Shown here: positions 57,835 through 64,000 of the stretch, piece after piece | Layout: every line of letters begins with the position of its first letter | Position numbering within the stretch: the first letter of the stretch is position 1 | NCBI RefSeq assembly: GCF_009914755.1 | Contig: NC_060927.1 | Reading direction: 5' to 3' (one strand) | DNA from: the human T2T-CHM13v2.0 reference genome, Homo sapiens | Length of the DNA stretch: 64,000 bases | Made by a program: the position numbers and the translations under genes | Notes under the pieces: generated by a model | Database searches by the model: none | The model's input: only the letters and a program-made list of their open reading frames with translations | What the model was told of the DNA's origin: nothing

Positions 57835-58090
57835 GAGTCGTGATTAAGGGTTGGACTCTGGGGCCAGATTCCTTGGTTCAGATACTGGTGTAATTACATA
57901 TTAGCCGGGTGCCTTTGAACAATATATACCTAAACCTTCCATGCCTCAATTTCCTCATCTGTAAAATGGAGATTATAAAAACAATAACAACATGTGATTG
58001 TTGTGAGGTTAAAAGCATGAATAAACGTAAAAATGCTTAAAACAGTTTCTGGCATTAATTAGTGCTTTGTTCATATTTTCTGTTGCTATG
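57835..58090 (+). mobile_element. MIR SINE, near full length
   Basis: ggactctggggccaga...tgcctcaatttcctcatctgtaaaatggaga...gttgtgaggttaaa. Confidence 0.82.
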
Positions 58091-60688
58091 ATCATTTTTT
58101 TATGTGTGTGCCAGGCCCTGCCATCGGGCTTGGGCCCTAATTCAAGAGATTCTTCACCATGTGCTTTAAGGCATTTATTCGAATAACTACTACAATTTAG
58201 AAAATAATAAGAGCTTTAGAGAAGAACATCAATCAGAAATGCTGGATGAAGGTTCAGAGAGAATGAGGAAACTTTGCAGGAGAGGGAAAAAGAGATGCTT
58301 TATAGAAGACATTAAGAGGACAGTCTGATCCTACAGGAAATAATGTGAACAAGTGCCTCGAGGAAGGAAGCACTGAAGGGTTTCTACCAAAAGCAGTAAT
58401 ACAGAGTACTACTTTATTATCCCGTAGAACTAAGCAGGGAGAGGAGCCAGTCAACTCTGGGGAGTAGGTGACGTAGTTTGAATGAGCCTACTTAAGTTTA
58501 CAATGATAAATGGTGCCAGGAAGCACTCCACAAGACCACAAGGGATAAGAAAGCCATGGGCCACCAGGAGACCATCATACGATCATCAGCAGAAAGACAA
58601 AGCAGCCTGACAGCTAAAGGAAATGAGATCTTCTCCCAGCTCTTCCTTTCTCTAGTCTACGTGAAACCTTGGGCAATTCCCTATCCTTTTCTGGATTGCA
58701 TTTTCCTGAACTGTAAAATGAGAGATTGGGGTTAATCTCCAATAACTCTCCCAGCTTCGGCATTCTAGGACTCTATAAAATTTTGCCAAGAGCTGGGATA
58801 CCTCCTTCTCTGCCCCCCCATCACTCACTCCCACACCTTCCTTCCTTCTCCAATTCCTTATTTATATATAAGCAGATAGGATTCCAAGAAAAATTAACAA
58901 AAAATAACCCCAAAGCGAAAACATTAGTAAAGGGTTACAGGTTTAAAAAGCAGAGGTAGAGAAGGAAATCAGACTGGGCACTTCTGCAGACAGAATGGGA
59001 ACAACGTTATGACAAGGCCACCCTTTCAGAGCCTTCGTGACTTGGTAGTGAAGCTATTAAGTAGCTCAAACCACTCTTTTTAAATAAAGTGGCTCATTTG
59101 GACAAACACTTCAAGCTAAGAGGCAATGTTACTGCAGCTAGAATTGGAGTGCTCTGCAAAGAATTAAGACAATTTCTCACTGTCCTTTATCCTCCGCACT
59201 TTATGCGAAGTTAAGTTATTTGAATTAGTGTTCATCCAATATCATGTTGAGTCTTTCTATTCCCCAAGTTTCTCAAGATTCTACAATGTCACTTCTATTG
59301 ACATGATTAACTTCTTATTAACTTTAATGGAAGCTGTGGGCGTGAAGTCCATTTTGTTCTCAGGGACTTTTGCTTTTTGTTGGTAAATTCTGGAGCTTTA
59401 TTTGACTCACCGTTATAAATATACATTAGGTAATGACTACTAAGGACACTGGTTCTTGAACAGGATGGAACTTCTGCCTCCGACTCAATAAACTAATAGA
59501 TGTTCAGGATGTGAAGAATCACAAAGGTCCCTGAGTCCTGCCATCAGTTAAATCTTGAATCTCCTTTTCAACATCCTAACAAGTTCAGCCTCTGCTTGCA
59601 CAGATCCAAAGGCTGGGAACTGACTTCTTTCAAGTGTTCATTGTGTGGCAAATATCCACACCCTTTTGCTTCCTCTCCTTTGAGTATTGTCCTATTTGCA
59701 TTCATGAATTCTGCTTAGCCATGAACAGTGGTTTTCCCAAGGGCCCATCTTGAGATCATCATTGACCTGCGTGGACCATGCCTAGTCTCAGAGACCAGTT
59801 CCTTAGACAGTGCACCAGTAACTTAGGGAGGGACAGTATACAACCACAGACTGGCCCTTAATTGGCTCAGCAAAGTATGATAATACTAGCTGTGGTAAGC
59901 ACAATAATCACCCTCTCACCAATAAAAGATATTTATATCCTAATCCATAGGTACTCCAGGTCTGGAGTACAGATTCTCTCTCCCTTAGAAAGTACTAAAT
60001 AATTATAAGGCAATTTTTTTTCTAGTTTTCCTTTGTTAATTGCTTTAGCCAGTCACAAAAATATGTTTTACCTTGTATTAATCAGGGTTACCACTCAACA
60101 CATTTTCTTGATAGACAGGACTAATTAGAAGTTTCCAGACACGTATAATTATATTTGAAATAGATATCTTTGAGATATCTCAGAGGGATTTAGAGAAAGC
60201 TATTGATTGACTGGCAACATTCACAAGTCATCTTCAAGTGGGTTATTTTCTAAAAACATTTCATATATGATGAATGTCATGCATTTCTGTTAAATTCCAT
60301 GCCAGAGAATATTTCCTGACATTTTCCCCAAATCCTTGAGCTACACCCTAGTTGCCTCCTGTGGACACCTTATTTTAGTACAGTTTTTAGATGTAAAAGA
60401 CATCAGGGAGGAATCTCAGGGTCACCCTTGATTCATAACTCTCCTTAAGGTCTTATGTCTAATTGCCATCTAATCCTGTCATTTCTTTCCCTCCAGAATG
60501 CCTATTGATTTATTCCCTCACTAGGCCAGCCTTCCAACTCTTACATGATTGAGATCCAATAATCATACTAGCTCTCCCTGCTGCCAAGCCACCTTAAATC
60601 CAACCAATGAATGCTAGGCTGGGCTTTGGAAGTGACCTGTCTATGTGCTCTGACATTTGCCTTGTCCCAGACTAAGGCACTGACTTCT

Positions 60689-61080
60689 TTTTTTTTCTTT
60701 CTTTCTTTCTTTTTTTTTTTTTTCAATATTTTAAGTTCTGGGATACATGTGCAGAACGTGCAGGTTTGTTACACAGGTATACACATGCCATGGTGGTTTG
60801 CTGCACCCATCAACCCATCATCTACATTAGATATTTCTCCTAATGCTCTCCCTCACCTAGCCCCCAACCCCCTGACAGGCCCTGGTGTGTGATGTTCCCC
60901 TTCCTGTGTCCATGTGTTCTCATTGTTCAATTCCCACTTATGAGTGAGAACATGTGGTGTTTGGTTTTCTGTTCTTGTGTTAGTTTGCTGAGAATGATGG
61001 TTTCCAGCTTCATCCATGTCCCTGCAAAGGATATTAACTCATCATTTTTTACGGCTGCATAGTATTCCATGGTGTATATG
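60689..61080 (-). mobile_element. Heavily 5'-truncated L1PA 3' end
   Basis: Antisense L1PA 3'UTR with poly-T; perfect 15-bp TSD aaggcactgacttct at 60674-60688 and 61081-61095. Confidence 0.95.
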
Positions 61081-63335
61081 AAGGCACTGACTTCTCTATT
61101 CATGATCCTTCAAGAGTTGATACTTATTTATCCCATCAGTCCAACTTATCCAACTGGCATACAATCAGTCCCCCACCCAGCAAACTGTATTTTCCCAATT
61201 TTTTTTTTTTTTTGCTTTTTTACAGACTATATCCAACAAGACACTTTCAGTTTGCCTATGTTGGATCTCACTCCAAGATACACCCAAATCTAATAGGAAG
61301 AAATGTCAAGGGGGTATGACTCTTACCTAATGAGGAGTAGATATAGACAAGTAATTCCTTGAGGCCAAACATAGCCGATTTGAGTCCAGGCTCTGCACAA
61401 TCTCCCACTAAGACTCACCTGTAAAGTACAGATAATACTAATACATATTCTACTCTCTGTTTCTATGAGTTAAATGTTTTCACACTTCACATATAAATGG
61501 AATCATGCCAATTTTAAAAATTAATATCTATTTCATAAGGTTGTTGTAAGGATTAAATGAGAGAAAATGGGTTGTTCTTGTTAAATGTTCAATATTCTTT
61601 TAACTACATCATGCAGATTCTCAAATAAAGAAAAAACCCTTAGGATTCTGAAGCTTATCAAAGCAGCTGAGCCCAAAGTACCTTATAGATTTGGGAAATA
61701 CTGATTCCTTACTGATTCCCCCAGTCGTTAATATAATATCCCACTCTGCCACTAATTTGATGCTAGAATAAATAGCACAGCACCTAAGGAAAAGTGGTGA
61801 TCCTGTGAACTGAATGAGAACAAAGTAGGGAAGCTACTGAGTTTTACACTAACAAATTCACAGACTACTAAAGGGTCATTCTGATAGCAAAGTAAAAATC
61901 ACTTTGGTGATAGTCTCACAATATGTCATCACATCGTGTATAAGAAAGATTATCTTATACTAAAAATATGAATAGTTGGCTCTGTCACTAACTTTTGACC
62001 TCAGTTTCAAGATCTGTACATGAAGGATAGGAGACAAAGCCCTCTCATTCAGTAGGTTTTTCTATTTCAGCCTCTATTTCTATTTCTGATGCTTCAAGGA
62101 GTGTAAGAGAGAGAAAGAAAAAGAAGGAATGAAAGAGGGAGAGGAAGAGAAAAGGAGACATTGGTTAGCTTAGAGTTGAAAACTTGGTATAAAATTGAAT
62201 TGAAGGCTCAAGTTTTTTTTATCTGGGAAAGTAAACTACATTCCTGATGTGTAAAACAATCTTCCTGATCATCTTAGAGCTGCTCTAAGTAAGACGTTCA
62301 ACCATAATTTCTGTCCTGCATGACCATCAACCTCGAAGTACACAGAAACCATACACTCTGAGGTGGCCCCATGAGAGAAGGACTAGCTCCACAAGCCCCA
62401 AGCTCTCAGATCTGTCTAAGACATCAAGCACCAGGCAGGCTCCCTGACTCCAACCTAGGCCAGTCTGCAAAGCTGAATCTGCAACCTCCCAGGATCCCTA
62501 GCAGCAGGAGGAGAAGCCTTGTCCTCCTCTGGCTCAGAAACACTTAAAGGAAGCCCCATGACTAAGGTCTCTACTGGCAACAGCCTGAAGCTGCCAAAGA
62601 TTTTTAGCCTAGTTCTGCTAGAACCATTTCCCACTTCAACCATATGGAATGTTCATGCTGAAGGCTTTCTTTCTTTCCAGACCTTGTTCTTCACTTCAAT
62701 ATCTACCTTCTTTTCTTGATGGCAGGATATGTCTGATGACATAGAAGCTGTGGAATCCATTCTTCAGGGTCTAAACTCAAGCCTGGTCCTTAGTTCTCCG
62801 TACTGTATTCTTCCTGACCTCCAGACCTGAGCGTCCTCCCCTTCAAAAGACAAAGCCATCCAAAGAGTCTGAGCACTCCAAGTGAGCAGCTTGAAGAGTG
62901 AGAGACGTGGACAGAGGGAAGGGCAGGTCTGTGCAGCCTGTGGCCATAAACCCCACCTCTGGCCTTCTCCAGTGAAGCCACACTCAAGATTTAAGAGAAC
63001 TTGTGATCAACTTGGGGTATTTGCACCCCACGAAAAGGGAGTTTGCAGGATCCCTAATATCACTGCGAGTTGCCACTTTTCCAGTCTTTTTTTGCTGTTC
63101 GCTCATATCCACAGGGAAAAAAACGAAATGAGCAGCCCAGTCCCTCAGGCCTTTTTCTTTAATGTTGCCATCAAAAATCAATAAAATGCATCAAGCTGTT
63201 TCAACTAAGTTGATCTCAAATCAAACTGGTATGGTTGTCAGGGAATATGTTGAACTATATTTAAGTGAAGAAAGATTTTGGGCTTGGTATAGACTAAGAT
63301 AGAAAGAAAAAACAAGAGAATAGAACCTGTATACT

Positions 63336-63578
63336 GGCCGGGCGTGGTGTCTCACGCCTGTAATCCAGCACTTTGGAGGCCAAGGTGGGTGGTCACCTGA
63401 GGTCAGGAGTTCGAGACCAGCCTGGCCAACATGGTGAAACCTGTCTCTACTAAACATACAAAAATTAGCTGGGTGTGGTGGAAGGCGGAGGTTGCAGTGA
63501 GCCAAGATTATGCCACTGCACTCCAGCCTGGGTGACAGAGCAAGACTGTGTTTAAAAAAAAAAAAAAAAAAAAAAAAA
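63336..63578 (+). mobile_element. AluS with a ~60-bp deletion in the right monomer
   Basis: tagctgggtgtggtgg joins directly to aggcggaggttgcagtgagc; degenerate TSD agaacctgtatact / aaatcctgcatacc. Confidence 0.92.
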
Positions 63579-63671
63579 TCCTGCATACCAAACTCCCAGG
63601 ACTGAAAACATTTTGTTTGTTTGTATGTCCATTCCTTTGCCTAAAATAAAAACATCACATGAGGCAGGTAT

Positions 63672-64000
63672 TCCCTCTGTTAGCTCCCTGTGCCTGCTGT
63701 AACAAATTACCAACACAGATACAGTGTTTTAAACCAATGCACATGTTGGTTTACATCTGAAAGTCAGATGTCTGAAAGTCAGAAGTCTGAAGTCTGATAT
63801 CTGAAAGTCAGAAGTCTGAAGTCAGTTTCACTTGGTCAAAATGAAAGTCTCAGAAAGGCAGTGTTTCCTCCAGAGGCTCGAGAGGAGGATCTGTTTCCTT
63901 GCCTTTTCCAGCTCCTAGAGCTGCTTCTTCCACCATCTTCAAAGCCAGGGGCTCAGCATCTCGCCTCAGTGTCACTTAGTCTTTTTCATCTGTCCCCTGC
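63672..64000 (-). mobile_element. MaLR LTR (MLT1C/D-like), runs off the right edge
   Basis: ctgctgtaacaaattacca...atctgtttccttgccttttccagctcctagag...ccatcttcaaagccag. Confidence 0.8.

Overview
This is primate (catarrhine, probably human) non-coding nuclear DNA, either intergenic or deep intronic. I found no protein-coding exon, RNA gene, CpG island or CRISPR-type array. The listed ORFs are chance ORFs or remnants of L1, Alu and MaLR elements. The window is layered with transposons: old MIR, L2, CR1, HAL1 and L1M fragments; MaLR, ERVL and ERV1 LTRs, several with visible target-site duplications (TSDs); a two-LTR MST element; a TSD-bounded L1PB with a large internal deletion; two truncated L1PAs; and several Alus. 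The most notable signal is a set of templated-insertion repair scars inside these transposons. An 89-bp inverted copy of 6868-6956 sits inside an L1PA at 3607-3695. A ~75-bp copy of 52828-52890, with a snap-back hairpin, sits inside the MST internal region at ~49762-49842. Further locally templated junctions lie at ~20721, ~22141 and ~63756. There is also a 133-bp near-perfect hairpin at 12691-12823. Repeat subfamily names come from my recall of consensus sequences and need RepeatMasker/Dfam confirmation; boundaries of the ancient repeats are approximate.
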